A DNA stretch of 64,000 nt from NCBI GenBank assembly GCA_045588915.1, contig JAZNFA010000002.1, positions 12,878 through 76,877 on the forward strand. The letters run 5' to 3'. Position 1 is the stretch's first letter. Each line of letters opens with the position of its first letter. Made by a program: the position numbers and the translations under genes. Positions 7,846 through 18,166 of this stretch are shown one piece after another. Origin of the DNA: Clostridia bacterium (GTDB lineage Bacteria; Bacillota; Clostridia; Christensenellales; UBA1242). The notes under the pieces were generated by a model. It worked only from the letters and a program-made list of their open reading frames with translations. It had not been told where the DNA came from and searched no databases.

Positions 7846-10800
7846 ATGAAGTATGGCCGTGGTAGAGTTATTGCGCTAACTGTTTTGAGCATAGCGATGG
7901 CTTTAGCTTTGTTTTGTACTGGCTATATTATCGATTTAAGAAATTTTACTTCACGAGCTGTGAATAATGAATTGTTTATCGATAATCCAAATTATGTTCC
8001 AACTTTTGATGACTTGTATGAACGTGTTCCTTTTTCGGTTGTTGATACGGGCTCAGTTACTTTGGGGCAAAGTACTAATTTAACTTTGTTAGAAGAGCGT
8101 TATTCTCGTGGTGTTTTGACCGAGTTCTTAAATGCAAGTTCTAAACTTTCTTACCAAGAACTGCAAAAAAAACGCAACGAAGGTTATCCTCGTCCAATTT
8201 TTGATGCGAGTGAAATGCGTACAATTGCCAATGGTAAGGGTAATACGAATGAGATACCAGTAGTAATGTTAGATCCATATAATTATGACGATATTGTCTT
8301 GTTTGAATTAACTAACCTAGTTGATGTGCCAACAAATTTATCAATTACACGTGATGGTGTTTCTTTAGAAAATTTAATTTGTACTGTAGATGCGACTTTG
8401 GCGGCTGACCAAGTATATGCTGGAATTCCAGATCATTCTTTAGTGGGAATGAGTTCAATATTATCGGACGCAGATGGCAATGACTTATTGAGTATTGTTT
8501 TTAAACCAAGTACAAAGGTTGCTGCTGGTTATGTTGTTGAAATTAAAGATTTAGAAAGTAACTTCTTTTATCGAATCAACGAAACAATGCAGTTAGAAGA
8601 AATTAGAACGATTGAAAATGGAACGACCGAGCTTTACAATGATAATGGTGTTTTAGTTTATCGTGTGGAAAGAAATAATAATGAAGTAAAAGTATATATA
8701 AAGAATACAGCTGATTTGTTGGGTGCAGTAACTTATAAAGAAGAAGAAAATCAACTCATCAATTATGGAATCGGAGCAGTTGCCTACAATAGTAATGCTT
8801 TGCGTGGTATGTTCCAGGAAGAAGGTTTTTACCAGATTACGTTTAAGCAAAAAATTCCAACTGGTGATGGTATTTTAACCGAAATCGACGTAGCTTTTGC
8901 TTTTGTGATTGCTAATAAAATGAATTATATGGACTTTCCACGTTTTAATACAGAAAATCGCGTTCGTGGAAATGCAGAAATTTACAACTATTCTTATGAA
9001 GGTGATTTTCCTGTCGTAGAATATTCATCTTATTATTTCGATGTCCAAATTCAATCAACAGAAAAGTATGGTCAAAATGATCCAACGTATGGTGAACGTG
9101 AATTGCGTTTTTACAATATCGGTGAATACCAAATGGTTTCTCAGTTGCAATGCTATAATGCGTACCTTGCAGGTCGTGACCAAGAATTTAACAACCGTGG
9201 AGTTAGTAAAGGGTTTATTTCTTTAAAACGTTATTTGCCATATTCAAGTGTTTTAAATATTTTGGGTTTTCAAGCTTATTACGGTGGTCAACATACTAAT
9301 AGCCAATATAATGGTCCATTACCATTTTACGACGATGAAGATATAAATAAAAGCAGTGATATTTCCACAGTGGTGCGCAATGCTGGTATGCTGGCGATTG
9401 ATGCTGGTTTCGATGTGACGAGTATGACAGAAAGTGACGCATTAAATTATTCAAATCAATTAGCAAATTATCTAACTTCAAAAGAAATTAAACCAGTCAA
9501 AACAAATTTCCCACCCGTTAAAATGTATGGAAATGTACCACACGCAACTGGCCCAGGTTCTAATGGCGAAGCGGCTGTTGTTTTATCCAGTGTTGCTTAT
9601 AAAGCTGCGTATGGTAAAAATGCAAATGAATGGCAAAGTTCTTTAATGGAAGTTGGTGCTCCCTTTGAAGCAGCAGGACAATATGTAGTAACAGCTTATT
9701 TCAAAGTTAATAATCAAATTTGTCAGCAAATTTTCTTTTTTGAAATTGTTAATTCTGTAAATATTGTTTTTGACGTAACTGATGCTCTTGGTAATACAAA
9801 AACTTATTATGCCGGGGAATTAGAATTAAATCACGTTGAAGGAAATAAAGTTGCTATCAGTTATGATGGAAACCATAAATTAGGACAATTTGAAGTACCT
9901 CCAACAATTACCTTGGCTTATGCGCCTTTTGGTGAATTAGTTTTTGTCGAACAAAGTATTCCAACACAAGAGGGTGGTGCTTTTAATTTTGATTTAAATC
10001 CTGGTCAGTATCGTTTAACGGTTAAATATGGCGCACACAGTAAATCGGTAACAGTATTTAGTATTATTGTTGATGACACGTTGGCGACTGGCATAAAGGC
10101 AAATACGAGTGCAAAATGTTTAACTGGGTTGCCAGAAAATATTGCAGTGGTAGGGGCAGGTAAGGTTAATTTAACTTGGGATCATAAAACAAGTGGCGTT
10201 AATTTTACTAACGTGCTTTATGAATTTTACGAAATAAATTTAGAAAATGTCGGAATTGATCCAAATGATGATCGCAATTATTTTACTGCAACTAACGAAA
10301 TTAATTTAATGAAAATTTCTAATTTGTATTCGGCATATGCATTTTCGGAAATTGCTTCAAAACCAAATAATGGTTTTGTTCCTGTGAAGACAAATGATGG
10401 TTGGACGATTGAAGAAACTTTTGATGCTGCTGGTCTTCATCGCTTTACATTCATAGATGATGTTGGAAATGAAACTGAATTTATTTTAATCATTGATGAT
10501 AGTACACCAACTTTTGTCCAAAGTGGGAATAAACCTGGCATCAATAGTAATGTTGTTAATTTTGATTCTGATGTTGGTGTTTATGTTGGTTTTGGTCGAA
10601 AGAAATTGATTCCTGGTCAAGATATGTTTAATGATTTGGGTAATGATATTAAAAATCATTTTACCAATGCAAATGTTTTGACAGTTGATAGTCGATATAT
10701 AATGGGTGTTTATCGCAATATAACTTCGCTAGGTATTGGCATTGAACGTGTTGAATGGAGTGTGTCGGGTGATCTTTATCAAGATATCAGCAGTGAAGAT

Positions 10801-13800
10801 TTTAATAATGGTTATGTGCTTTTGAAAGAAGAGGGTACTTATTTCTTCCGTGTAACTGATGCATTAGGTAACGTGGGTGAATACTACATTATGGCTACTC
10901 ACGATGGATGTTTGGGTAGGGTTTATGCTGAAAAGGCAAGACCAAAAATTTCAACCGAAAATAATCTCAATGGACGTGGTATAACGACGGAACAACCAGA
11001 AATTTACACCAGCCTAGTTACAAGTAGTGGTGGTATGACAAATCGTCCATTTGTTACTTTTTCGTTTGAGCAAAAGGATTATAATGAACCTTTCTGTGTT
11101 GATAAAGTTTATTTACAATATTATCCGATGACTTATCAAACGATGTCCAGTATTGATCCAACAGAACCAAACCCAAATTATCCTTTTTCGGACAAGCAAT
11201 TAAACAATCCTATTGAAAAAGGTATACATGTTTTTGCTCATCAAGATAATGAAGATGGGTTAATCTATACTTATGAAGATTCAGATGCTGATAATACAAT
11301 TCGTTTAGTTTTATTTAACAACAGCACAACGACACCGTCTGGTATGTATATTATTACGCGCTTGTATCAAAGTACACAAGGTGAAGATCCAGTAGCTCGT
11401 GACTATTATTTTATCGTTGATAATCAAAAAATGCTTTATTATGCAGAAGGAGATAATCCTTATCAAACAACAATGAAAGTTGATTTTGCGAATGCGCAAA
11501 ATGATCCCAAAGCTAAAAAAGCTGACGCAAAATACTTTTATCAAAATAATAATGAAATTAACAGTGATCGTACTGCTTGGGTAACAGGTTTCAAGAGTAA
11601 ATATTCGTATAAACACGACAGCACTGTTTATAGTTTTGAAAAAGATAAAGCTAATTTCAACTTTATCGCAGATAGCTTAATTCCGAATGTTTCAACTTGT
11701 GACTTTGTTTTCCCATCGGTAACACCACGTTTTAGTTATATATATGACAATCAAACATTCGATTTAGGCGCAGGGGAAGGTACTTGGGGTGTTGGTGATC
11801 CAGCAATGCACGGCGACAGTTCGCTTTATAAACTGGTGATTACAGATGATGCACGCAATATTTCGTGTATGTTGACAAATGGTAATGTTACAGAGTTAAA
11901 GGATGATGAAAGTGCTCCGACAAGTGCAAACTTTGATTATTTGTTATTAAATTTAGATTTAGGTCGTGGGACAAGGGCTGAAATACAAATTAGCGATGAT
12001 AAAATAATTACCAATTCAAAAATGCAATATGATGGTCAAAATTATTTTTATGTTATTGATCCTATGGAAATCGAACAATTAAAATTTAGTTTTGTCAGTG
12101 ATCCAGAAAGTATGTTTGTTGACGTAAATATAGCTGAAACTGTATCAAGTTGGACTTCAAGTGGTTTTATGCAACCAGTTAGTTTTAGAATTCCAACACC
12201 AATTGATAATCGTTATACTTTTGATATCTTGAATGATTATTTAAGTGGTAGAGTAATTGAAAATGGTGCAAGTTTGTCAGTAACCTTGAAAACAACAGAA
12301 GATCCTACAAAAGATCCTACAAAAAATAAATATGCAACCACTAAATATATGATTTTATTTGATACGGAAAAACCAAACTATAATTTAAGTCATATTAAAG
12401 ATGGTGATAACTTGGCATGTACAATGAAGGATTCTGAGTTGCCAGGTGACTATGTATATGGGTTAAGTAACACTTATGTTTTTGCTTCGGAACAAGGTTC
12501 TAATCGTTATTTAGACACGAAAACAATTACTTATCGTGAAGTTGATTACAGTGGAGATGGAACGCAATCGGCTGTGCCATTCAAATTATACACGGGTGCA
12601 AAAAACGAAAAACCAATTCCATTTGCAACTTTGGTTGGTTTGCATGATAACGAAATGAAATATTTTATTATTACTGAGATTGACTATACAGGACACACTG
12701 TAGATTATATGGTTCAAGTTCAAGGTGATAATTATGTCAATAATATTTCTTTTATTGGTGCAATTACTGACGAAAATGCAGAAGTCCAGATTGGTAGTGA
12801 AATGCACGCTTCGGAATCTAGTGTCCATCAGTTCTTTTTAAATAATAATTCATTTAAATTTGTTAATGGCGACGATTATTATAGTGTTTTAGGAAGTACA
12901 GCAAGTTGGCATATTGGTAGTGATATTGGGACAGGGGCAAAGAGTGAAGCAAATTTAATTAAGGCTTTAAATAATTGGATCAATATTGCAACCGAGAATG
13001 GTACGAAATGTTCGTATACTCTATATGACCGTATTGGTGAAGTAGAGGTTTTTGAGTTTTACAATATTCGTGAAAACGCAGCACAAATTCAACTTGATTG
13101 TTTTCAAGCTGGTGCAAGTAGTACAGTAATCACGGCAACGGTAACAAACTATAATAGTTTGCCAAAAATTTTATTCGATGAAGGGTTGTCTTCCTTGTTT
13201 AAAATGACCGTACAAGACATTACAACACCTGAAGTTTCTTCTGATGTTTATTTCTCGTTAGATGGTACATCTATTCAGGGATTTGACGTTTCTCACGATT
13301 TAATCATTACGCTTACTGACCCATTTGGTCGTGTCAGCATCACGGAATATCACCAACAAACGAAGAGTACGATTAACTTCAAAGTTTATGGTAATACAGT
13401 AAATCAAGATAATGTAATATATCTTGGTGATGAACGTGGTGTTGAATTTAGTTATTTACGTACAGCATATAGTGTTTTGATTTATAATGCTGGAACAGGC
13501 GAATTGTTATCTGATTTACAATCCTTTATTAGTAACGATATGATTAGCTATCATTTTGTTCCAACTAAAGGTTCGACAACAATTGAACAATATCGTATTG
13601 TCGCAACTGGGCGTGCAAGTGGTGCAATTTTGTTTGACCAAACATTTGTGTTTGATACACGCTTACCAATTGTTGATTGGAAAAATGCAAGTGACCAATC
13701 TATTGATGTAGAAGGACAAACTTTTGTTAGTGATGTCTGTTTAGATATTACCAATAGTTTAGTGGCGACAACTTTCCCAGTTACCATCTCTTATACACGT

Positions 13801-15714
13801 ACCTTTGATGATAAAATTGAGTATGTTACATTAAAACCTGGTACGACTAAATATACTTTCAAAGAACCTGGTAAATATGTTGTCACGTTACGTAATATTG
13901 TTTGGGCAAAACAGGTTATTGAATTTGAAATTGCACAAATTGATGATACTTTGATTTTAGTTTATGATGACGGCGAGCAAGTTAGTGCTAGTTTAAGTGA
14001 TTATAAATTTACGCCGGATAATACGCATCCAGAAGAGTATATCAATATTACGCGTTATATCTTTACGACAAGCAACAATGGTAATTTAATCACAGAATAT
14101 CAATCTCACGGCTTAGATATCCGTGTAGGACAAACTAATCGTATTTTGGCAGGTTTTGATGCGAATACAGCTTATTATTATTTTGATAATAAGAACAATA
14201 CGTTGGTTTGGCGTTTGGCTTTCTTACTTGGTGTCGATAAAGATGGTAAAGCGATTTACGATAATCCAATTTATTTTGCGACAACAGGTGTAGCCGAAGG
14301 TGAGTTAAACAATTCTCCAATATCTTTACAATTAAATGGTAATCCTAGTGGTATTGTTTCAGGTAATATGAATTACGTTGTTCCTGCAGCACAAACTACT
14401 TATCACATTATTGATGATAATTTTATGAAAGCACATGATAATAAATTAGAAGTTAGGTTATCGTGTGGTTCGGGTGTTTTGCGTGATGAGAATGGTTTAC
14501 CATATTATATGGTAGCTGGTAATGTGATTGTTGTTGATTGTTATTATAATGGTACATTAGTTAAAACATTGTATGGTGATGCTGCTACTGAAGTATTTAC
14601 TATTGGTCGTTATGATGCTGGGTATTATGAATTTGTGGTACATGATTTAGTTGGAAACTATTTATATTTTGGCTATAGTGATGACGAAAACAATATTGCT
14701 TATAAACAAAATCGTTATATGTTGATGGTAATAACGAAACCTATGGTTTTAATCAATGATAAACAACCTATCAACGGAATGATTTATAACGATGAAGTAC
14801 AACTAAAATTAGTTGATTATGGTAATCAATTCTTATCTAAGTTGTATGCGAATGAACTTGCAAAAGATAAGGATTTCTTTACGAAACGTTTCTGTATTAG
14901 TAAAATTGAAGGAACATATAATGGTGCAAATGGTACAGTGCCAATTGAAATGAATGTTAATGGAATGCAATCATCATTCTATTGGAACCAAAGTGGTACT
15001 TATCGTATTAAAGTAACTTATCGTATTAGTGATAATGTTTTGGAAGATTTGCAAGCCGAATATCAATTCCAAATTATTCCATCTTACACAATTAGAGAAT
15101 CGTTTAGTATGTCAATTTACCCAGACGTTCAAGTTGAATCTGTGACTCGTGATGGTTATAAAATTCATGATTTTGATGATGTCAAAGTCAATGATTATAT
15201 GGAATTTAATGCAGATAGTAATCCAGGTAGTTATGTCGTTACTTTGAAAACTTACAATACAATCTTACAAGATTATGTTTTACACGAAGTAAAATTTAAC
15301 ATACAACATAAGGCTAATAGTGCAAGTAACTATTTTGTTTTGAGTAGTGGTAGTGGTACTGAAACAACAAATGCTGTAACATTATATTACAATCCATATT
15401 GGTTATATTATTCACAAGGTAAGGTGACGATTATTTTGTATAAAAACTTTGTTGAACAACAAAAAATAGTTGTAGACCATAATGTTTTGAATAGTGAAAA
15501 TTTCAACCCTCAGGCTTTGTTTACGGTTTCAGATGCAGGTTTATACAGTGTTGTGGTTAAGGACAGTGATGAAGACCCTGTGTATATGGATAGCTGGACT
15601 ATTAAACAAAAAGAAAGTACCTTTGGCTATGTAATTTTATCAGTAGTTTTAGGTATTGCTGGTGTTGCTGTGTTAATCTTCTTACGTATGCGTAATAAAA
15701 TGACAACAAAATAA
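7846..15714 (+). CDS. Giant surface protein (2,622 aa) with an N-terminal signal-anchor and a C-terminal TM anchor
   Basis: Uninterrupted 7.9-kb ORF with strong SD GGGGGA. N-terminal TM is VIALTVLSIAMALALFCTGYII. C-terminal TM is FGYVILSVVLGIAGVAVLIFL followed by RMRNKMTTK. Recurrent beta-sandwich signatures of the D-x-x-G-N type (VTDALGNTKTYY, FIDDVGNETEFIL, FRVTDALGNVGEYYI, FVVHDLVGNYLYF) resemble Ig/HYR-like adhesin domains. Confidence 0.85.
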   Translation: MKYGRGRVIALTVLSIAMALALFCTGYIIDLRNFTSRAVNNELFIDNPNYVPTFDDLYERVPFSVVDTGSVTLGQSTNLTLLEERYSRGVLTEFLNASSKLSYQELQKKRNEGYPRPIFDASEMRTIANGKGNTNEIPVVMLDPYNYDDIVLFELTNLVDVPTNLSITRDGVSLENLICTVDATLAADQVYAGIPDHSLVGMSSILSDADGNDLLSIVFKPSTKVAAGYVVEIKDLESNFFYRINETMQLEEIRTIENGTTELYNDNGVLVYRVERNNNEVKVYIKNTADLLGAVTYKEEENQLINYGIGAVAYNSNALRGMFQEEGFYQITFKQKIPTGDGILTEIDVAFAFVIANKMNYMDFPRFNTENRVRGNAEIYNYSYEGDFPVVEYSSYYFDVQIQSTEKYGQNDPTYGERELRFYNIGEYQMVSQLQCYNAYLAGRDQEFNNRGVSKGFISLKRYLPYSSVLNILGFQAYYGGQHTNSQYNGPLPFYDDEDINKSSDISTVVRNAGMLAIDAGFDVTSMTESDALNYSNQLANYLTSKEIKPVKTNFPPVKMYGNVPHATGPGSNGEAAVVLSSVAYKAAYGKNANEWQSSLMEVGAPFEAAGQYVVTAYFKVNNQICQQIFFFEIVNSVNIVFDVTDALGNTKTYYAGELELNHVEGNKVAISYDGNHKLGQFEVPPTITLAYAPFGELVFVEQSIPTQEGGAFNFDLNPGQYRLTVKYGAHSKSVTVFSIIVDDTLATGIKANTSAKCLTGLPENIAVVGAGKVNLTWDHKTSGVNFTNVLYEFYEINLENVGIDPNDDRNYFTATNEINLMKISNLYSAYAFSEIASKPNNGFVPVKTNDGWTIEETFDAAGLHRFTFIDDVGNETEFILIIDDSTPTFVQSGNKPGINSNVVNFDSDVGVYVGFGRKKLIPGQDMFNDLGNDIKNHFTNANVLTVDSRYIMGVYRNITSLGIGIERVEWSVSGDLYQDISSEDFNNGYVLLKEEGTYFFRVTDALGNVGEYYIMATHDGCLGRVYAEKARPKISTENNLNGRGITTEQPEIYTSLVTSSGGMTNRPFVTFSFEQKDYNEPFCVDKVYLQYYPMTYQTMSSIDPTEPNPNYPFSDKQLNNPIEKGIHVFAHQDNEDGLIYTYEDSDADNTIRLVLFNNSTTTPSGMYIITRLYQSTQGEDPVARDYYFIVDNQKMLYYAEGDNPYQTTMKVDFANAQNDPKAKKADAKYFYQNNNEINSDRTAWVTGFKSKYSYKHDSTVYSFEKDKANFNFIADSLIPNVSTCDFVFPSVTPRFSYIYDNQTFDLGAGEGTWGVGDPAMHGDSSLYKLVITDDARNISCMLTNGNVTELKDDESAPTSANFDYLLLNLDLGRGTRAEIQISDDKIITNSKMQYDGQNYFYVIDPMEIEQLKFSFVSDPESMFVDVNIAETVSSWTSSGFMQPVSFRIPTPIDNRYTFDILNDYLSGRVIENGASLSVTLKTTEDPTKDPTKNKYATTKYMILFDTEKPNYNLSHIKDGDNLACTMKDSELPGDYVYGLSNTYVFASEQGSNRYLDTKTITYREVDYSGDGTQSAVPFKLYTGAKNEKPIPFATLVGLHDNEMKYFIITEIDYTGHTVDYMVQVQGDNYVNNISFIGAITDENAEVQIGSEMHASESSVHQFFLNNNSFKFVNGDDYYSVLGSTASWHIGSDIGTGAKSEANLIKALNNWINIATENGTKCSYTLYDRIGEVEVFEFYNIRENAAQIQLDCFQAGASSTVITATVTNYNSLPKILFDEGLSSLFKMTVQDITTPEVSSDVYFSLDGTSIQGFDVSHDLIITLTDPFGRVSITEYHQQTKSTINFKVYGNTVNQDNVIYLGDERGVEFSYLRTAYSVLIYNAGTGELLSDLQSFISNDMISYHFVPTKGSTTIEQYRIVATGRASGAILFDQTFVFDTRLPIVDWKNASDQSIDVEGQTFVSDVCLDITNSLVATTFPVTISYTRTFDDKIEYVTLKPGTTKYTFKEPGKYVVTLRNIVWAKQVIEFEIAQIDDTLILVYDDGEQVSASLSDYKFTPDNTHPEEYINITRYIFTTSNNGNLITEYQSHGLDIRVGQTNRILAGFDANTAYYYFDNKNNTLVWRLAFLLGVDKDGKAIYDNPIYFATTGVAEGELNNSPISLQLNGNPSGIVSGNMNYVVPAAQTTYHIIDDNFMKAHDNKLEVRLSCGSGVLRDENGLPYYMVAGNVIVVDCYYNGTLVKTLYGDAATEVFTIGRYDAGYYEFVVHDLVGNYLYFGYSDDENNIAYKQNRYMLMVITKPMVLINDKQPINGMIYNDEVQLKLVDYGNQFLSKLYANELAKDKDFFTKRFCISKIEGTYNGANGTVPIEMNVNGMQSSFYWNQSGTYRIKVTYRISDNVLEDLQAEYQFQIIPSYTIRESFSMSIYPDVQVESVTRDGYKIHDFDDVKVNDYMEFNADSNPGSYVVTLKTYNTILQDYVLHEVKFNIQHKANSASNYFVLSSGSGTETTNAVTLYYNPYWLYYSQGKVTIILYKNFVEQQKIVVDHNVLNSENFNPQALFTVSDAGLYSVVVKDSDEDPVYMDSWTIKQKESTFGYVILSVVLGIAGVAVLIFLRMRNKMTTK

Positions 15715-16503
15715 TTATTCAATACAGTAACAGTTACCGATTTGACTTTGGAGAGCAACATCAATAAAGATGTCTTTACCTTCAATAATATTTTGTGTTT
15801 GTAGGTATTGCTTTACTGTCTGATAAGCAAGTGTTGGTGTATTATTCTTTTCACTTAAGTGTGCAAGAATAACTTGTGAAACATTCGCTTGGTAAAGCTT
15901 TGCAATTGTACGGCCACAATCTAAGTTGGAAAGGTGTCCACGATTGCCAAGAATGCGACGCTTTAACCAATCTGGGTATTTGGGATTTGCAATTAATTTT
16001 TGAATGTCGTGATTGCTTTCAAGTATAACAATTTGACATGTCGCCAGATGAGAAATAATTATATCAGTCATCTGACCAATGTCGGTGGCAATGCCGACAC
16101 TTGCGTCGCCACATTGAAATGTATAACCTAAACAGAAATTACTATCGTGAGGAACAGGAAAACAATTAACTGTAATATCACCAATCAGGAAAGTATTTTC
16201 GGTTTCGATAAAGTGGTGTGGGGGAATTTTTAAACTACGCTTCAATGTTTTCGTGCTCGTATGATGACAATAGATAGGTACATTGTATTGAGTTACGAAA
16301 TCGGCAACGCCCTTAAGGTGGTCACTGTGTTCGTGGGTGATGACAAGCCCCGTAATGGAGTTTGGTGATATATTAGCTTGGCTCATTAGTTTTAATATCA
16401 TTGATAAAGGTAATCCAGCATCAATCAAAATGCCTGTTGTGGAATTTCCAACATAGGTTACATTTCCTGCGCTACCACTACTTAACGTTTGGATTTTTAG
16501 CAT
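15715..16503 (-). CDS. MBL-fold metallo-hydrolase (YycJ/WalJ-like)
   Basis: 262 aa. HEHSDH (HxHxDH) motif. N-terminus MLKIQTLSSGSAGNVTYV is typical of this subgroup. Confidence 0.8.
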   Translation of the reverse strand: MLKIQTLSSGSAGNVTYVGNSTTGILIDAGLPLSMILKLMSQANISPNSITGLVITHEHSDHLKGVADFVTQYNVPIYCHHTSTKTLKRSLKIPPHHFIETENTFLIGDITVNCFPVPHDSNFCLGYTFQCGDASVGIATDIGQMTDIIISHLATCQIVILESNHDIQKLIANPKYPDWLKRRILGNRGHLSNLDCGRTIAKLYQANVSQVILAHLSEKNNTPTLAYQTVKQYLQTQNIIEGKDIFIDVALQSQIGNCYCIE

Positions 16504-16524
16504 TTTAATAATATACTAGAAAAC

Positions 16525-17100
16525 ATGCTAAAAGTTAAGGATAATTTACGTACTTTATTGTTTTGTGTAGTCATTACTTTTGGCTGCCTGTTTGGTTATT
16601 TATTATTACAGAATTTAAGCGTTGAGTTATTCGTGCGTTTGGGGTGGGAAACCCGTGCAGACAGTGATTTGTTTGCTAATGGTTTTTGGTTAACATTTTT
16701 TGTGGTTGGTTTAATTGTTCCAGTATGTGAAGAGTTAATATTTCGTTTTGTAATTTGTCGTTTGTTAAAATTGACCAAAATGCCGGAATGGTGGATTATT
16801 GTATTAAGTGCGTTTGTTTTTATGATTTATCATACGTCGTGGTCGCAAACTATATATCAGTTTTTAATGGGAATTTGGTTTGCGTGGATTTTTTTAAAAA
16901 CAAACAAAATTGGCTGGACAGTTTTGATGCACATCATCAATAATATTTTTATTCTAGCATATACATCGTTGGTAGGTAATGAGGTTAGTGTTTTTGCCTT
17001 GACACCTTGGAATATAACGCTGTCGCTCGGCTTGGCAATAATAACCACGATCATAGTTAGTTTATTAATTAAAAAAGGAATTCCAAAGTATGAAAAATAA
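16525..17100 (+). CDS. CPBP (CAAX/Abi) family intramembrane glutamic protease
   Basis: 191 aa, polytopic. Motifs CEELIFR (EExxxR) and MHIINN (HxxxN). Confidence 0.8.
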   Translation: MLKVKDNLRTLLFCVVITFGCLFGYLLLQNLSVELFVRLGWETRADSDLFANGFWLTFFVVGLIVPVCEELIFRFVICRLLKLTKMPEWWIIVLSAFVFMIYHTSWSQTIYQFLMGIWFAWIFLKTNKIGWTVLMHIINNIFILAYTSLVGNEVSVFALTPWNITLSLGLAIITTIIVSLLIKKGIPKYEK

Positions 17101-18166
17101 TCGTTATTTAGCAACTTTAATTATTTATGGATTAGCAATTTTATTGTTAATGTTAGTACAAATTTTAGGGTCACTTGGTTGTTTTAATAGCTTATCAGAT
17201 GAAGCGATGGAAGTTGTTGGCAGTGTGCTTCCTCAAGTTATTATAATGTTTGGGATTCCATTCCTTTTGTTATTGGTAACGCAAAAAATTAATCATCAAC
17301 CTGTTTCTTTAAAGCAAGTCTGTTGTGATGTTGGCTGGCGTCGCTTATCGTGGGGTAACGTTATGAAGTGTTTTGTTTTAGGTATTTGCCTCTATGTTTT
17401 TAATATTTTTATTGCTAGTTTGTTCGCTTCGATTTTGCAATATTTAGGGTATCAGTATCCAACTAACGATAATGTTTTTGGTGGGTATTGGGGTTTGTTG
17501 ATTAGTCTTGTGTTGACTGCTGTTTTGCCTGGGATTTGTGAAGAATTTTTACATCGTGGGGTTTTGTTAAATGGAATGACAAAACAGCTTGGTATTAAAA
17601 AGGCTTTAGTGTGGAGCAGTTTATTGTTTGGTTTAATGCATATGAATGCAGGTCAGTTCTTCTATGCAACGATTCTAGGGTGGTTTATGGGCGTGATAGC
17701 GCTATCGTCAGGTTCATTGTGGGGCAGTGTCATTGTTCATTTTACCAACAATGCATTATCAACTTATTTGAGTTATGCTGAAGAATTAAACTTACCAGGT
17801 GCAAATATATTCTCTTATTTATTCAGTAATGTTTTTACTTTAGGTTTAACTGTTTTAGTTGTTGTAATCGTGATTGGAGAGATTGTTCGTCATATGGCAC
17901 GTGATAAATTTAAACGTAATATTGATGCATATACTGTGCGCTATTTAGCTTCACAAAAACAATTTGGTGTTGAAGATTTTGACCGATTGAAAGTAGCCCT
18001 GACACAGGCAATACAAACCTTGCCGACCTGGAAAGCAACAGCTGCCTATATTGAAACTTTTGATAAACCACAAGAGTTGCGTCCGATTGAAAAAGCTTTC
18101 TTATGTGTTATCTTTTTGATGGGTTCTGTAATGACAATTCTTTCGTTTATTTGGGGGACTTGGTAA
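17090..18166 (+). CDS. CPBP (CAAX/Abi) family intramembrane protease with C-terminal extension
   Basis: 358 aa, polytopic. Motifs CEEFLHR, FGLMH and VHFTNN. Overlaps the upstream CPBP gene by 11 nt. Confidence 0.8.
   Translation: MKNNRYLATLIIYGLAILLLMLVQILGSLGCFNSLSDEAMEVVGSVLPQVIIMFGIPFLLLLVTQKINHQPVSLKQVCCDVGWRRLSWGNVMKCFVLGICLYVFNIFIASLFASILQYLGYQYPTNDNVFGGYWGLLISLVLTAVLPGICEEFLHRGVLLNGMTKQLGIKKALVWSSLLFGLMHMNAGQFFYATILGWFMGVIALSSGSLWGSVIVHFTNNALSTYLSYAEELNLPGANIFSYLFSNVFTLGLTVLVVVIVIGEIVRHMARDKFKRNIDAYTVRYLASQKQFGVEDFDRLKVALTQAIQTLPTWKATAAYIETFDKPQELRPIEKAFLCVIFLMGSVMTILSFIWGTW

Noticed and set aside
8165-8172. An A8 homopolymer near the 5' end of the 2,622-aa gene, and A7 tracts at 34681 and 39962 in the giant gene, as slipped-strand phase-variation switches
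   Set aside because: Tracts of 7-8 A are common in DNA this AT-rich and are shorter than typical contingency-locus tracts. Nothing supports on/off variants.
12301-12324. A 12-nt tandem duplication GATCCTACAAAA x2 (DPTKDPTK)
   Set aside because: A trivial two-copy in-frame duplication inside a linker, with no further structure.
8653-14320. Antisense and alternate-frame ORFs inside the 2,622-aa gene (8653..8850, 11311..11616, 12586..12828, 13551..13787 and others)
   Set aside because: Same reasoning: nested, no initiation signals, implausible sequences.
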